Positions 53,275 through 64,000 of a stretch of DNA of 64,000 bases are shown here, in pieces. The DNA is from Phenylobacterium sp. (lineage in GTDB: Bacteria > Pseudomonadota > Alphaproteobacteria > Caulobacterales > Caulobacteraceae). The position numbers were made by a program, and so were the translations under genes. The stretch lies in assembly GCF_041913825.1 (NCBI RefSeq), contig NZ_JAYSEO010000008.1:128047-192046 (forward strand), written 5' to 3'. Under the pieces are notes generated by a model. That model did no database searches and was not told the DNA's origin. It was given only the letters and a program-made list of their open reading frames with translations. The first letter of the stretch is position 1. Each line of letters opens with the position of its first letter.

Positions 53275-54936
53275 ATGACCGAACGGCTCGCCATCTACCA
53301 TCCGCCCGGCCGCCTGGGCCTGAAGAACAATCCGTTCGGCAAGGATGTCGCCAACCTGGAGCTCTATCGGGCGCTCGCCGTGCACGGCGGGTTCGAGACG
53401 CTTTCGGTGCTGAGCGTGCGGCCCGGCGCCGACGCCCAACTGGCCGAGGACCTGCTCGAGGGCCAGGCGGCCGCCACGCGCCTGGAGGCCCGGTCGATCC
53501 TAGACCAGTCGCGCGCCGCCGCGGCCGGCGCCCTGCTGCGCGGCCAGCCCAACCTCTACGATCTCGCCTGGCTCCGCCGCCGCACGGTGGGCGACCGGGC
53601 CTACAGCCTGCTCGGCCTGGTGCACACCCTGGCCCCGCCGGCCACTCGCCACACCATGGCCATGGCCTCGGTCGGCCCGGTGCATCCCTGGGACGCCATC
53701 GTCTGCACCTCTCCCAGCGTTCGCGACGCGCTGGCCGAGATGTTCGCCGGCTGGGGCGAGCACCTGGCGGAACGCACCGGCGGCGCCCCGCCGCCGCTGC
53801 CGGCGCTGCCGATCGTACCGCTCGGCATCGACGCCGATCGATTCGCGGCGCTGGCGGACCGGCCGGACGTGCGCGCCCGTCGTCGCGCCGAGCTCGGGCT
53901 CGCGGACGCCGACGTCCTGATCCTCTGGGTCGGGCGGCTGTCCTACTTCGAGAAGGCGTTCCCGCAGCCGATGTTCAAGGCCGTGCAGGCGGCCGCCCGC
54001 GCATCGGGGGTGAAGGTGGCGTTCGCGCTCGCCGGCTGGTTCCCGGCCGATCTGGACCGCGAGATGTTCGCCGAGGCCGCCGCCGTCCATGCGCCGGACG
54101 TGGCGGTCAGCTTCCTCGACGGCAATGATCGGACGCTGGTGGGCGAGCTGTGGGCCGCCGCGGACGTCTTCCTCTCGCTGGTGGACAACATCCAGGAGAC
54201 CTTCGGGATCACGCCGCTGGAAGCCATGGCGGCCGGGCTGCCGGTGGTGGCCAGCGACTGGGACGGCTACCGGTCCACCGTGCGCGACGGCGTGGAGGGC
54301 TTCCTCGTCCCCACCCTGCTCCCACCGCCCGTGGGGATCGGCGATTCCATGGTGCTCGGCCACACCATGGAGGCCGACAGCTACCAGGCCTACGTGGGCT
54401 CCGTCGCCCAGCACACCGCCGTCCATGTGGGCCGCGCGGCCGGGGCGCTGGCCGAGCTGATCGCAAGCCCCGAGCTGCGCCGCCGGATGGGCGCGGCCGG
54501 CCGGGCGCGGGTGCGGGCGAGCTTCGACTGGCCGGTGATCGCAGGCGCCTACCGCGCCCTGATCGGCGAGCTCGCGGCCGTCCGCCGGGCCGCGCCGGAC
54601 CCGCCGGCCCGCCATCGGATGAACCCGGTGAAGGGCGATCCCTTCCAGGCCTTCCGCGGCTTCGCCACCGGCCAGCTCGAGCTGGACGCGGCGCTGTTCC
54701 CCACGGCGGAGGCGGCGCGGTTCCTGGAGGCGGCGCAGGGCGTCCGCCTGGACCGGGCGTTCGCCGGCTGGCGTGCGGGACCCGAGGAGTGCCGCCGCGC
54801 GCTGGAGCTGCTGGTCGCCGGCGAAGCGGCCACCGTCCGCGACCTGCTCGTGGCCTTCCCGGCGGAGCGGCGCCGCGCGCTGCACATGGCTCTGGTCTGG
54901 ATGGCCAAGCACGGCATTGTCGACTGGCTGACGTAG
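53275..54936 (+). CDS. Glycosyltransferase family 4 (GT-B) with C-terminal extension
   Basis: ILWVGRLSYFEKAF and ETFGITPLEAMAAGLPVVASDWDGYRSTVRDGVEGFLV motifs. Confidence 0.8.
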   Translation: MTERLAIYHPPGRLGLKNNPFGKDVANLELYRALAVHGGFETLSVLSVRPGADAQLAEDLLEGQAAATRLEARSILDQSRAAAAGALLRGQPNLYDLAWLRRRTVGDRAYSLLGLVHTLAPPATRHTMAMASVGPVHPWDAIVCTSPSVRDALAEMFAGWGEHLAERTGGAPPPLPALPIVPLGIDADRFAALADRPDVRARRRAELGLADADVLILWVGRLSYFEKAFPQPMFKAVQAAARASGVKVAFALAGWFPADLDREMFAEAAAVHAPDVAVSFLDGNDRTLVGELWAAADVFLSLVDNIQETFGITPLEAMAAGLPVVASDWDGYRSTVRDGVEGFLVPTLLPPPVGIGDSMVLGHTMEADSYQAYVGSVAQHTAVHVGRAAGALAELIASPELRRRMGAAGRARVRASFDWPVIAGAYRALIGELAAVRRAAPDPPARHRMNPVKGDPFQAFRGFATGQLELDAALFPTAEAARFLEAAQGVRLDRAFAGWRAGPEECRRALELLVAGEAATVRDLLVAFPAERRRALHMALVWMAKHGIVDWLT

Positions 54937-55015
54937 GCGGCGGCACCAAACGGGCGGCAGAGTCGTTTCTCCCCGCTGAGCCTCAAGGCGCGAGGCTCCA
55001 ACAGAGGAGAGAGAC

Positions 55016-55405
55016 ATGCGCCGTATCCTGATCGCCGCGGGCGCCGCGGCCCTGATCGCCGCCCCCGCCGCCACCCCCGCCTATGCGGGCTGCAAGACGA
55101 CCGGAGCCGTCGTCGGCGGCGTTGCAGGCGGCGTGCTCGGCAACGCCGTCGCCGGCCGCGGCTCGCGCACCGAAGGCACCCTGCTTGGCGCCGGGGTCGG
55201 GGCCCTGCTGGGCCGCGAGGTGGCCAAGAGCAACTGCAACAACAACCGCCGCGCCTATCGCAGCAGCTCGCGCGGCTACTACCGCGCCGGGCCGGCCCGC
55301 CAGGCCCGCTACGCCAGCTACGCCCCGCGCTGCCGCACCGAGACGCGGGCCTACTACAACCAGTGGGGCGAGCTCGTGTACGCGCCCACCCAGGTCTGCC
55401 GGTAG
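55016..55405 (+). CDS. Glycine-zipper (17-kDa surface-antigen-like) lipoprotein
   Basis: AGGAGAGAG RBS. Signal peptide ending AYAGC. GAVVGGVAGGVLGNAVAG glycine zipper. Confidence 0.65.
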   Translation: MRRILIAAGAAALIAAPAATPAYAGCKTTGAVVGGVAGGVLGNAVAGRGSRTEGTLLGAGVGALLGREVAKSNCNNNRRAYRSSSRGYYRAGPARQARYASYAPRCRTETRAYYNQWGELVYAPTQVCR

Positions 55406-55411
55406 GCGCCC

Positions 55412-55927
55412 ATGGCGGGATCCAAGCTGACCGCCGCCCTCGTCGTCGCCGGACTGGCGTTGACCGCCTGCAGCGAAAACGAGCGGCGCGGGGCGGCAGG
55501 GGCGGACAGCCGCCTCTGCATCCCGTTCGCCGGCGCGCAGGCCGGTGAGGGCGCGGCTGCGGCTCCGGCCGCCGCGCCCGCCGGCCCCTCGGCGGCCATG
55601 GACGACTGCCTCCACCGCTGGGGCTACGCGCTTGCCAAGTCCTCCGACCCGGCCGACCAGGTGGCGGGCGCGGTGCTGGCCGCCTGCATGCCGGCGCTCG
55701 CCCGCTGGAACCAGCAGGCGCTCGCCCCGTCGCCCGGGCCCGTGGACGGGGCGCCGCCGGCTCAGGCGCAGAGCCTGGTCACCGGCGAGGACACCAACGC
55801 CATGGCGGAGCGGTACCGCTACGCCGAGAGCCGCGCGCTGTTCTACGTGGTGCAGGGCCGGGCCGGGAACTGCGCCGCCCCGCCGATGGCCAACGGCGCG
55901 CCCACTGCGGGCGACGCCGCGGACTGA
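55412..55927 (+). CDS. Hypothetical lipoprotein
   Basis: Lipobox LALTAC. Ala/Pro-rich linker. No family recognised. Confidence 0.55.
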   Translation: MAGSKLTAALVVAGLALTACSENERRGAAGADSRLCIPFAGAQAGEGAAAAPAAAPAGPSAAMDDCLHRWGYALAKSSDPADQVAGAVLAACMPALARWNQQALAPSPGPVDGAPPAQAQSLVTGEDTNAMAERYRYAESRALFYVVQGRAGNCAAPPMANGAPTAGDAAD

Positions 55928-56107
55928 TCAGGCCTGAGCGCCCAGATAGAGGCCGACGGCCGTGCGGTTGGGACCCACCTTCTGCACGGCCTCGGCGATC
56001 TCCTCGGGGGTCGCCTCCAGCCGTTCGGCCCAGTAGCGGACTTCGTCGGGATCCTCGAGGTCGATATCGCCCGGGCCGTCGAAGCTGCGCGGTTCCTTGG
56101 GTCGCAT
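55928..56107 (-). CDS. DUF3606-like small protein
   Basis: ATG 56107 with AGGGAG 6 nt upstream. ...DLEDPDEVRYWAERLEATPEEIAEAVQKVGPNRTAV. The family call is from memory. Confidence 0.6.
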   Translation of the reverse strand: MRPKEPRSFDGPGDIDLEDPDEVRYWAERLEATPEEIAEAVQKVGPNRTAVGLYLGAQA

Positions 56108-56146
56108 GGGACGCTCCCTGCTGCCAGTCCCAGGCAAACCCTCAGC

Positions 56147-56902
56147 TCACGTCGGCCGTTCCAGCCCGATGCGACGGGTGCGGGACGCAGGCGCGACGCC
56201 GGACGCCGGCAGCAGCACCGGCCGGGCCACCCGAGCCCTGACCCCTCTGGGCTTCACCGCGAAGGTCTGCTTGACCGCCTCCATGAGGACGAGGCCGGCG
56301 AACCCCGGCCAGAGCCGCGACCCCACCTGCTCGAAGCCCTCCGCCCAGCCGGCCAGCCAGCCGAACGGCGGCACGTAGAGGGCGCGCGTCCAGCCGGAGG
56401 GCTCCAGCTCGGCGTCGCGGAGCAGCTCGGCAAGCTGGCTGCGGCTGTAGGGCCGGCCGTGGCCGAATGGCGTCTTCTCGGCGTCGGCCCACAGGCCGTT
56501 GCGGGCGGCGACGGCGACGATCACCCGACCCGACGGCGCGAGCACCCGCCACACCTCGCGCAGCATGGCCACCGGGTCGGGGCTCTCCTCGATGGCGTGG
56601 GCGAGCAGGATCCGGTCGAAGAGGGCGTTGGGGAACGGCAGGGCGTCCTCCGCCGCCAGGGTCGCGCGGTTGTGACCCCCCGGCCAGACCTCGACTCCCT
56701 GCTGGGCGGGCATGGCCGCCACCACCCGCCGCGCCGCCCCGTGCAGGTGGCCGACGAACGGGGTGGCGTAGCCCAGGGCGAGCACGTCCTGCCCGTGGGC
56801 GTCGCCCCAGGCCTCCAGCACCTTGCGGGTGACCATGGCCCGGGCGGCCTGGCCGAGGGCGGAGGCATAGAACTGGCGGAGTTCGAGGACGTCGCGACGC
56901 AT
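56147..56902 (-). CDS. Class I SAM-dependent methyltransferase
   Basis: VLALGYATP...FDRILLAHAIEE...LAPSGRVIV pattern. Divergent from gloB, as in many alphaproteobacteria. Confidence 0.8.
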   Translation of the reverse strand: MRRDVLELRQFYASALGQAARAMVTRKVLEAWGDAHGQDVLALGYATPFVGHLHGAARRVVAAMPAQQGVEVWPGGHNRATLAAEDALPFPNALFDRILLAHAIEESPDPVAMLREVWRVLAPSGRVIVAVAARNGLWADAEKTPFGHGRPYSRSQLAELLRDAELEPSGWTRALYVPPFGWLAGWAEGFEQVGSRLWPGFAGLVLMEAVKQTFAVKPRGVRARVARPVLLPASGVAPASRTRRIGLERPT

Positions 56903-56982
56903 TCGGGGCAGAGCTATGCTCGACTTGCGGTTTCCGTCGACCTTAAATCGGCGCCCGCCCGCGCGCCGCCAAGGAGGGTCCG

Positions 56983-57744
56983 ATGCCGCTCACCGTCCAC
57001 CAGTTCCCGTGCCTCTCGGACAACTACGGCTTCCTGGCCCGCGACGAGGCCTCGGGCCTGGCCGCCTGCATCGACACGCCCGAGGCGGGCGCGATCCTGC
57101 GCGAGCTGGACCGCCTGGGCTGGAAGCTGGCGCTGATCCTCAACACCCACTGGCATCCCGACCACGCCGGCGGCAACGCCGACATCAAGGCGGCCACCGG
57201 CGCCTCGGTGGTCGGCCCGGCTGAGGTCACCCGCATCTCGCCCCTCGACCGCGAGGTCCGGGGCGGCGACCACGTGATGCTGGGTGAGACGCGCTTCGAG
57301 GTGATCGAGTCCGGGGGACACACCCTGGGCCACCTCGCCTACTACGACGCCGACGACGCCGTGGCCTTCGTCGGCGACACCCTCTTCGCCCTGGGGTGCG
57401 GCCGCCTGTTCGAGGGCAAGCCGGACCAGATGTGGGCGAGCCTGCAGCGGCTGGCCGCCCTGCCCGACGAGACCACCGTCTACTGCGCCCACGAGTACAC
57501 CGCGTCGAACGCCCGCTTCGCGCTGTCGGTGGACGACGCTCCGGCCCTGAAGGCCCGGGCCGAGCAGGTGTTCGCGGCGCGCGAGCGCGGCGAGCCCACC
57601 GTGCCCACCACGATCGGGCTGGAGAAGGCCACCAACCCGTTCCTGCGCGCGCCGCTGCTGGCCGAGCGGGTGGGCGCGGCCGGGCGGCCGGATCACGAGG
57701 CCTTCGCCGCCGTGCGCTCGGCCAAGGACCTGTTCAAGGGCTGA
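56983..57744 (+). CDS. gloB: Hydroxyacylglutathione hydrolase (glyoxalase II)
   Basis: LSDNYGFL and THWHPDHAGGN (HxHxDH) motifs. GHTLGHLAY. Confidence 0.9.
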   Translation: MPLTVHQFPCLSDNYGFLARDEASGLAACIDTPEAGAILRELDRLGWKLALILNTHWHPDHAGGNADIKAATGASVVGPAEVTRISPLDREVRGGDHVMLGETRFEVIESGGHTLGHLAYYDADDAVAFVGDTLFALGCGRLFEGKPDQMWASLQRLAALPDETTVYCAHEYTASNARFALSVDDAPALKARAEQVFAARERGEPTVPTTIGLEKATNPFLRAPLLAERVGAAGRPDHEAFAAVRSAKDLFKG

Positions 57745-57748
57745 CCCC

Positions 57749-58525
57749 CTAGTCGTCGCCGGGGGTGTTCGCGACGGCGACGATACGCTCCGACGAGGGC
57801 CGGCCGGCCAGGCCCTGCTGCGGCGCGACCATCACGATCAGCGTGCCCTGGCTGATTTCGGCGCCGGCGCGGCGGCCCTCCACCAGGCGGACCCGGCGGA
57901 TGCGGTCCAGGAGGGCGCGTGTGCGCGGGGTCCGGGTCATCCGGACCATGGCCTCGCTGGTCACCACGGCGGCGTCGGCGATCAGGGCCGAGGAGGCCGG
58001 CGAGGCCTCGGCGTCGAATGGGATCAGGCGCCGCGCCGCCCGGCTGGCGCGGGCGCTCGACTGGGCGAGCTTCTCGAGCAGCGCCTGGGGGCCGAGCTGG
58101 GCCAGCCGGAGCGGCGGCCCGCCGCCGATCAGGGCCGCCGCCGACCCGGCGGGCCGGCCGGGCGTGAACACCGTCAGCCCGCCCAGGCGCGTGGCGCGGA
58201 CCACGGGGTGGCCAAGGTCGTTCTTGTAGATGACGTCGCCGCGGGGGGCGGGATGCGGGCTCAGCGCCCACACCTCGGGGCTGTTGTCGAACTTCAGCAG
58301 CGGCCGCGGCTGGGTGCGGTCCAGGGTGAAGCCGACACCGTCCTCGGAGACGTAGCGGGCGACTGGTGGGGCGGTGAACTGGCGCCCGTCCGGCGCCCTG
58401 CGGCCGAAGAGGCCATCCCTCAACTTGGGGCCCGCGGCGTCGGCCGGCTGCGCGAAGGCGAGCGCGCCGGCGCCGAGCGCCAACGCGATGACCGCCCCCC
58501 GAAACGCCGTTGGCTCGCCCGTCAT
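57749..58525 (-). CDS. Secreted hypothetical protein
   Basis: 258 aa. Signal peptide ...ALAFAQPADA. No family confidently recognised. Confidence 0.6.
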   Translation of the reverse strand: MTGEPTAFRGAVIALALGAGALAFAQPADAAGPKLRDGLFGRRAPDGRQFTAPPVARYVSEDGVGFTLDRTQPRPLLKFDNSPEVWALSPHPAPRGDVIYKNDLGHPVVRATRLGGLTVFTPGRPAGSAAALIGGGPPLRLAQLGPQALLEKLAQSSARASRAARRLIPFDAEASPASSALIADAAVVTSEAMVRMTRTPRTRALLDRIRRVRLVEGRRAGAEISQGTLIVMVAPQQGLAGRPSSERIVAVANTPGDD

Positions 58526-58581
58526 GATCGCCAGTGGGATGCCTCGGGATCAGGGCGCTTTTTGGACGCCGCCCGCTGCCG

Positions 58582-59304
58582 TCAAGCCATATACTGGCCG
58601 CCGTTCAGCGTGAGCGTGGATCCGGTCACATAGCCCGCCCGCTCGCCGGCCAGGAACGACACCATGTCGGCGATCTCCTCGCCGCGGCCCAGCCGCCCCA
58701 CCGGGATCTGGGCGACGATGCCCTCCAGCACCTTGGGCGGAACCGCCTGCACCATCTCGGTGTCGATGTAGCCGGGCGCGATGCAGTTCACCGTGATGCC
58801 CTTCTTGGCGTTCTCCAGCGCCAGCGCCTTGGTGAACCCGATCATGCCGGCCTTGGCGGCGGAGTAGTTGGTCTGCCCCACCTGCCCCTTCTGGCCATTG
58901 ATCGAGGAGATGTTGATGATCCGTCCCCACTCGCGTTCCCGCATCCCTTCGATGACCTGCCGGGTCATGTTGTAGAGCGAGTCCATGTTCACGCGGATGA
59001 CCTCGCCCCACTGCTCGGGGTCCATCCGGTGGAAGACCCCGTCGCGGGTGATGCCGGCGTTGTTCACCAGCACGTCGATGGGGCCGAGTTCCGCGGCCAC
59101 CGCCTCGGCCGCCCGTCGGCAGTCGTCGAAGACGCCCACATTGCCCTTCACCACCATCACGCCCAGCTCGCGCGCGCAGGCCTCGGCCGCCGAGTCGTTG
59201 CCGGAGTAGCCGGCGGCGACCTTCATCCCGTCGGCCTTCAGCCGCTCGACGATCGCCCGACCGATGCCACGGGTCCCGCCCGTGACCAGCGCAACCCTGG
59301 CCAT
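58582..59304 (-). CDS. phaB: Acetoacetyl-CoA reductase
   Basis: ATG 59304 with AGGGAG 6 nt upstream. TGGTRGIG. YSAAKAG catalytic motif. 240 aa. Confidence 0.9.
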   Translation of the reverse strand: MARVALVTGGTRGIGRAIVERLKADGMKVAAGYSGNDSAAEACARELGVMVVKGNVGVFDDCRRAAEAVAAELGPIDVLVNNAGITRDGVFHRMDPEQWGEVIRVNMDSLYNMTRQVIEGMREREWGRIINISSINGQKGQVGQTNYSAAKAGMIGFTKALALENAKKGITVNCIAPGYIDTEMVQAVPPKVLEGIVAQIPVGRLGRGEEIADMVSFLAGERAGYVTGSTLTLNGGQYMA

Positions 59305-59362
59305 CCGCATCTCCCTATGTGTGTGGGGCGCCGGTTGATCCGGCGCTCCCTGGTCAGAACGC

Positions 59363-60706
<1,344 letters not shown>

Positions 60707-60712
60707 TCAGGG

Positions 60713-61321
60713 ATGGCCGACACCGAAGGGACCGGCGCCGCGGGCCAGGGCGAGCGCGTCGTCATCAAGAAGTACGCCAACCGGCGGCTCTACAACACAG
60801 CCTCCTCCAGCTACGTCACGCTCGAGCATCTGGCCGAGATGGTGAAGAAGGGCGTCGACTTCGTGGTCTACGACGCCAAGACCAACGAGGACATCACCCG
60901 CACCGTCCTCACGCAGATCATCTTCGAGGAGGAGGCGCAGGGGCAGTCGCTGCTGCCGATCCAGTTCCTGCGGCAGTTAATCGGCTTCTACGGCAACTCC
61001 ATGCAGGCCTTCCTGCCGAGCTACCTGGAGCTCTCGCTGGCGAGCTTCGCCCAGCAGCAGGAGCGCATGCGCCAGCAGTTCCAGGCGCTGGGCCAGGGCG
61101 CGGGGCTGCCCGGCTACGAAGAGCAGATCCGCCAGAACATGCAGCTCTTCGACCGGGCGATGAAGATGTTCTCGCCCTTCGCCTACGCCAAGCCGGAGGA
61201 GCCGCCGCCGCCCGCGGCGAAGGCCGAGCCCGAGGCGCCGGCGCAGGACGACGCGCTGACCGAGCTGCGCAAGCGGATGGAAGAGATGCAGGCCCAGATC
61301 GAGAAGCTCGCCAAGCGTTGA
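60713..61321 (+). CDS. phaR: Polyhydroxyalkanoate synthesis repressor PhaR
   Basis: ATG 60713. VIKKYANRRLYNTASSSYVTLEHL signature. Confidence 0.88.
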   Translation: MADTEGTGAAGQGERVVIKKYANRRLYNTASSSYVTLEHLAEMVKKGVDFVVYDAKTNEDITRTVLTQIIFEEEAQGQSLLPIQFLRQLIGFYGNSMQAFLPSYLELSLASFAQQQERMRQQFQALGQGAGLPGYEEQIRQNMQLFDRAMKMFSPFAYAKPEEPPPPAAKAEPEAPAQDDALTELRKRMEEMQAQIEKLAKR

Positions 61322-61351
61322 ACCTGGCGTATGGTTTGCAGTTCGGTAAGC

Positions 61352-61684
61352 ATGATGTCCCGAATTGATCCGATCCGCAGGGCCGCCCTCGTCCGCCGCG
61401 CCGCGCGGCCCGACAACCAGGACGTCGACGACACGCGCGAAGCCTACTCGGCCAACCTGCCCGTGCCGGTAGACTCGGCGCGCCCTGTCCCGCCGCGGGA
61501 CGCCCGGCCGGAGGGCGCTGCGGTGTTCGCGGCCCAACTGCTGGGCCAGGACGGCCAGAAGCGGGGCCTGCGGGCCGGGGCCGAGCTGATCGACCACGCC
61601 AAGACCACCTACGTCAGCACGGAATGGTCGGGCTCCTACGACCGCCGCGCCCGCAAGGGGAAGATCGCTCGCACCGAGGTCTGA
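61352..61684 (+). CDS. Hypothetical protein
   Basis: 110 aa (MMSRIDPIRRAALV...). Coding-like GC3. No family recognised. Confidence 0.45.
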   Translation: MMSRIDPIRRAALVRRAARPDNQDVDDTREAYSANLPVPVDSARPVPPRDARPEGAAVFAAQLLGQDGQKRGLRAGAELIDHAKTTYVSTEWSGSYDRRARKGKIARTEV

Positions 61685-61789
61685 CCGCCCGCGCTGGCGC
61701 AGCGCGCAACCTGTGGTACAGTTTATTCGAAACATGGGTTGGCGTGGTGGTCCGTGCTTTCGGCTGAGAACGCGCCGGGACGGAGGCGC

Positions 61790-62983
61790 ATGGACGGCAA
61801 GGCGGCGGACGCCCTCGGCGACGAGGTCGAGCTCACCATACTCATGCCGTGCCTCAACGAGGCCGAAACCCTGGCGGTCTGCATCGAGAAGGCCCAGGGC
61901 TTCCTGGCCCGCGCCGGTGTCCGCGGCGAGGTGCTGATCGCCGACAACGGCAGCACGGACGGCTCCCAGAACATCGCCCGCCGGCTCGGCGCCCGGGTCA
62001 CTCCGGTCTGCGAGAAGGGCTATGGCGCGGCGCTGCTGGGCGGCATCGCCGCGGCGCGCGGCCGCTACATCGTCATGGGCGACGCGGACGACAGCTACGA
62101 CTTCAGCCGGCTCGACAGCTACCTGGAACGGCTGCGCGCCGGCGCCCAGCTCGTCATGGGCAATCGCTTCCAGGGCGGGATCGGCCCGGGCGCCATGCCG
62201 CCCCTGCACAAGTACCTGGGCAATCCGGTGCTGAGCTTCATCGGGCGCCTGTTCTTCCGCATTCCGGTGGGCGACTTCCACTGCGGCCTGCGCGCCTTCG
62301 ACGCCGGCGCCGTCCGCAGCCTCGGCCTGCAGACCACGGGCATGGAGTTCGCCAGCGAGATGGTGGTCCGCGCCGCCCTGGCCGGCCTGCGGATCGAGGA
62401 GACGCCCACCACACTGCAGAAGGACGGCCGCAGCCGCCCGCCGCACCTGAAGACCTGGCGCGACGGGTGGCGGCATCTCAAGTTCCTGCTGATGTACAGC
62501 CCGCGCTGGTTGTTCTTCTACCCGGGCTTCCTGATGACAGGCCTCGGCGTCCTGCTCGGCGTCGCCCTGTTCCCGGGGCCGATCCGCCTGGGTGCGGTGA
62601 CCATGGACCTCAACGCCTTCGTCGCCGCCTGCTTCATGATCGTCGCCGGCGTTCAGATGATCACCTTCGGGGTGCTGTCGCGGGTCTACGCAGCCATGAC
62701 GGGCTTCCTGCCGGCGAGCCCGCGGTCCAACGCGCTCGCCCGCCACGCCAGCACGGACCGGCTGGCGCTGTTCAGCCTGCTGCTCGCGATCGTCGGCCTC
62801 GCCGCCTTCGGCTCGGCGCTCGGAACCTGGGCGCATCGCGGGTTCGGCTCGCTGACCGATCCGCTCATCCCGCGGCTGGTGATCTCCGGGCTCGCTCTCG
62901 TGGCCGTCGCGCTGCAGACCTTCTTCTCCGCCTTCCTGCTGGGGACCCTGGCCATCCCGAAAGTGGGAGGGTTGCGGCCTTGA
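61790..62983 (+). CDS. GT2 glycosyltransferase with C-terminal TM helices (polyprenyl-phosphate sugar synthase-like)
   Basis: LTILMPCLNEAETL, ADNGSTDGS and MGDADDSYD motifs, with 4 C-terminal TM segments. Confidence 0.85.
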   Translation: MDGKAADALGDEVELTILMPCLNEAETLAVCIEKAQGFLARAGVRGEVLIADNGSTDGSQNIARRLGARVTPVCEKGYGAALLGGIAAARGRYIVMGDADDSYDFSRLDSYLERLRAGAQLVMGNRFQGGIGPGAMPPLHKYLGNPVLSFIGRLFFRIPVGDFHCGLRAFDAGAVRSLGLQTTGMEFASEMVVRAALAGLRIEETPTTLQKDGRSRPPHLKTWRDGWRHLKFLLMYSPRWLFFYPGFLMTGLGVLLGVALFPGPIRLGAVTMDLNAFVAACFMIVAGVQMITFGVLSRVYAAMTGFLPASPRSNALARHASTDRLALFSLLLAIVGLAAFGSALGTWAHRGFGSLTDPLIPRLVISGLALVAVALQTFFSAFLLGTLAIPKVGGLRP

Positions 62984-64000
62984 GCACGGCGGAGCAGGGG
63001 GCGCGCCGCCGGCGCAGGCTCCCCGGCCGCCTCGTGCCGCTCCTGGCGGCGGCGCTGGTCGTGGGCTTCCTGATCGCCTTCGGGGCGCGGCCGGTGGTGT
63101 TCTTCAGCACCGCCGAACTGGACGACGCCCTGTTCATCCGCCTCGGCCAGTCGCTGGCCGAGGGCCGCTGGCTCGGACCCTACACCCAGAGCACCCTCGT
63201 GAAGGGCATGGGCTTTCCGGTCTTCCTGGCCATCGCCAACCTGACCGGCCTGCCCTTCGTGCTTGCGCTGGCCGCTTTCCACGCCGCCTGCGCCAGCTTC
63301 GCCGCCTTCGTGGTCGCGCGCGTGCTGGACTCCCGGCTCGCGGGGCTCGCCCTGCTGGCGCTCCTGCTGCTCTTCCCGACGCTCTACATGGGCGACCAAC
63401 TGCGGGTGATCCGCGACGTCTTCTACGCATCCCTCAGCCTGGCGCTGGTCGCCTCCGCGATGGCGCTCGCCACCGGGCGCGCCCTGCCCCGCCCGGCCGC
63501 CGTGGCGCTGACCGGCGTCCTCGGCGCCTGGTGGTGGCTGACCAGGGAGGAGGGCGTCTGGCTCGTGCCGACGCTCGCGCTGATCGCGCTCCTGCCGCTC
63601 GTCGCGGGCGCTTCGCGGGCCAAGGGCTGGCGCCCGGCGCTGACCGCCCTCGCCCCCTCCGCGGCGGCGGCCCTCGTCGCGGTGGCGCTGGTGGCCGGCG
63701 TCGGCGCGGTCAACGCAGCCGTCTACGGCCGCTTCGTGATCAACGAGATCAAGGACGACGCCTTCGAGGGCGCGCTATCCGCCCTGCACGAGGTGGGGGC
63801 GCCCTACGGCCGCGAGCGCGTGCCGGTGCCGGCCGCCGCGCGCGAGCAGCTCTACCGCGTCAGCCCCGCCTTCGCCTCGCTGCGGGGGATGGACGCGCCG
63901 GCCTCCGCAGGCTGGAAGACCGTCGGCTGCGACATCGACCGGCGGATCTGCGGCGACATCGGCGGCGGCTGGTTCTTCTGGGCGGTCCGCCAGGCCGCCG
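62980..64000 (+). CDS. Polytopic membrane protein, GT-C/ArnT-like candidate (runs off the right edge)
   Basis: Open-ended, so absent from the ORF track. My translation from TTG 62980 (TTGA overlap) gives LSTAEQGARRRRRLPGRLVPLLAAALVVGFLIAFG...FPVFLAIANLTGLPFVLALAAF... There is no stop codon up to 64000, and GC3 is high. Confidence 0.6.
   Translation, partial: MSTAEQGARRRRRLPGRLVPLLAAALVVGFLIAFGARPVVFFSTAELDDALFIRLGQSLAEGRWLGPYTQSTLVKGMGFPVFLAIANLTGLPFVLALAAFHAACASFAAFVVARVLDSRLAGLALLALLLLFPTLYMGDQLRVIRDVFYASLSLALVASAMALATGRALPRPAAVALTGVLGAWWWLTREEGVWLVPTLALIALLPLVAGASRAKGWRPALTALAPSAAAALVAVALVAGVGAVNAAVYGRFVINEIKDDAFEGALSALHEVGAPYGRERVPVPAAAREQLYRVSPAFASLRGMDAPASAGWKTVGCDIDRRICGDIGGGWFFWAVRQAA

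Overview
About 64 kb of a very GC-rich alphaproteobacterial chromosome. Gene order and protein signatures look Caulobacterales-like, but that is inference only. I support about 68 protein genes and one tRNA-Arg(ACG). I saw no rRNA, CRISPR array, transposase, integrase, or recognisable phage or defence gene.

Layout:
(i) 1-18.3 kb: a type I secretion ABC/MFP pair, then a large Wzm/Wzt (ABC-transporter-dependent) surface-glycan locus. It holds several glycosyltransferases, a sulfotransferase, a GT2 / 4-TM / GT-C periplasmic-modification triad, and three proteins sharing an unnamed ~36-aa tandem repeat.
(ii) 18.4-36 kb: housekeeping genes. These are a receiver protein, an orphan P-II, metXW, a SixA-like protein, DUF952, pyrD, an orphan histidine kinase, ggt, an S58 peptidase and tRNA-Arg. 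They are followed by a Fur-box-preceded TonB receptor/PepSY operon, a crotonase and a MarR regulator.
(iii) 36.5-44.1 kb: an 11-gene chemotaxis operon in the same order I remember for the Caulobacter crescentus major che cluster (STAS-cheY-cheA-cheW-cheR-cheB-cheY-cheD-small ORF-atypical cheY-small ORF), but with no MCP gene at its head.
(iv) 44.2-50.9 kb: a visibly lower-GC seven-gene glycan cassette. It contains an AlgJ/X-like protein, a GT2, a GT61/DUF563 protein, an orphan GT-B-like protein with a His/Cys cluster, and an FdtC/FdtA/FdtB-like 3-acetamido-3,6-dideoxyhexose trio. I rate this, together with the repeat-protein/sulfotransferase locus, as the most interesting content.
(v) 50.9-64 kb: more glycosyltransferases, lipoproteins, gloB, phaR-phaA-phaB, and a second GT2 + GT-C pair.

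Many long ORFs in the supplied track are alternative-frame or antisense shadows typical of high-GC DNA and were rejected. Start codons were refined using Shine-Dalgarno motifs and the very frequent 4-nt (ATGA/GTGA/TTGA) or 1-nt stop/start overlaps. All family assignments come from motif recognition by eye and need HMM/BLAST confirmation.
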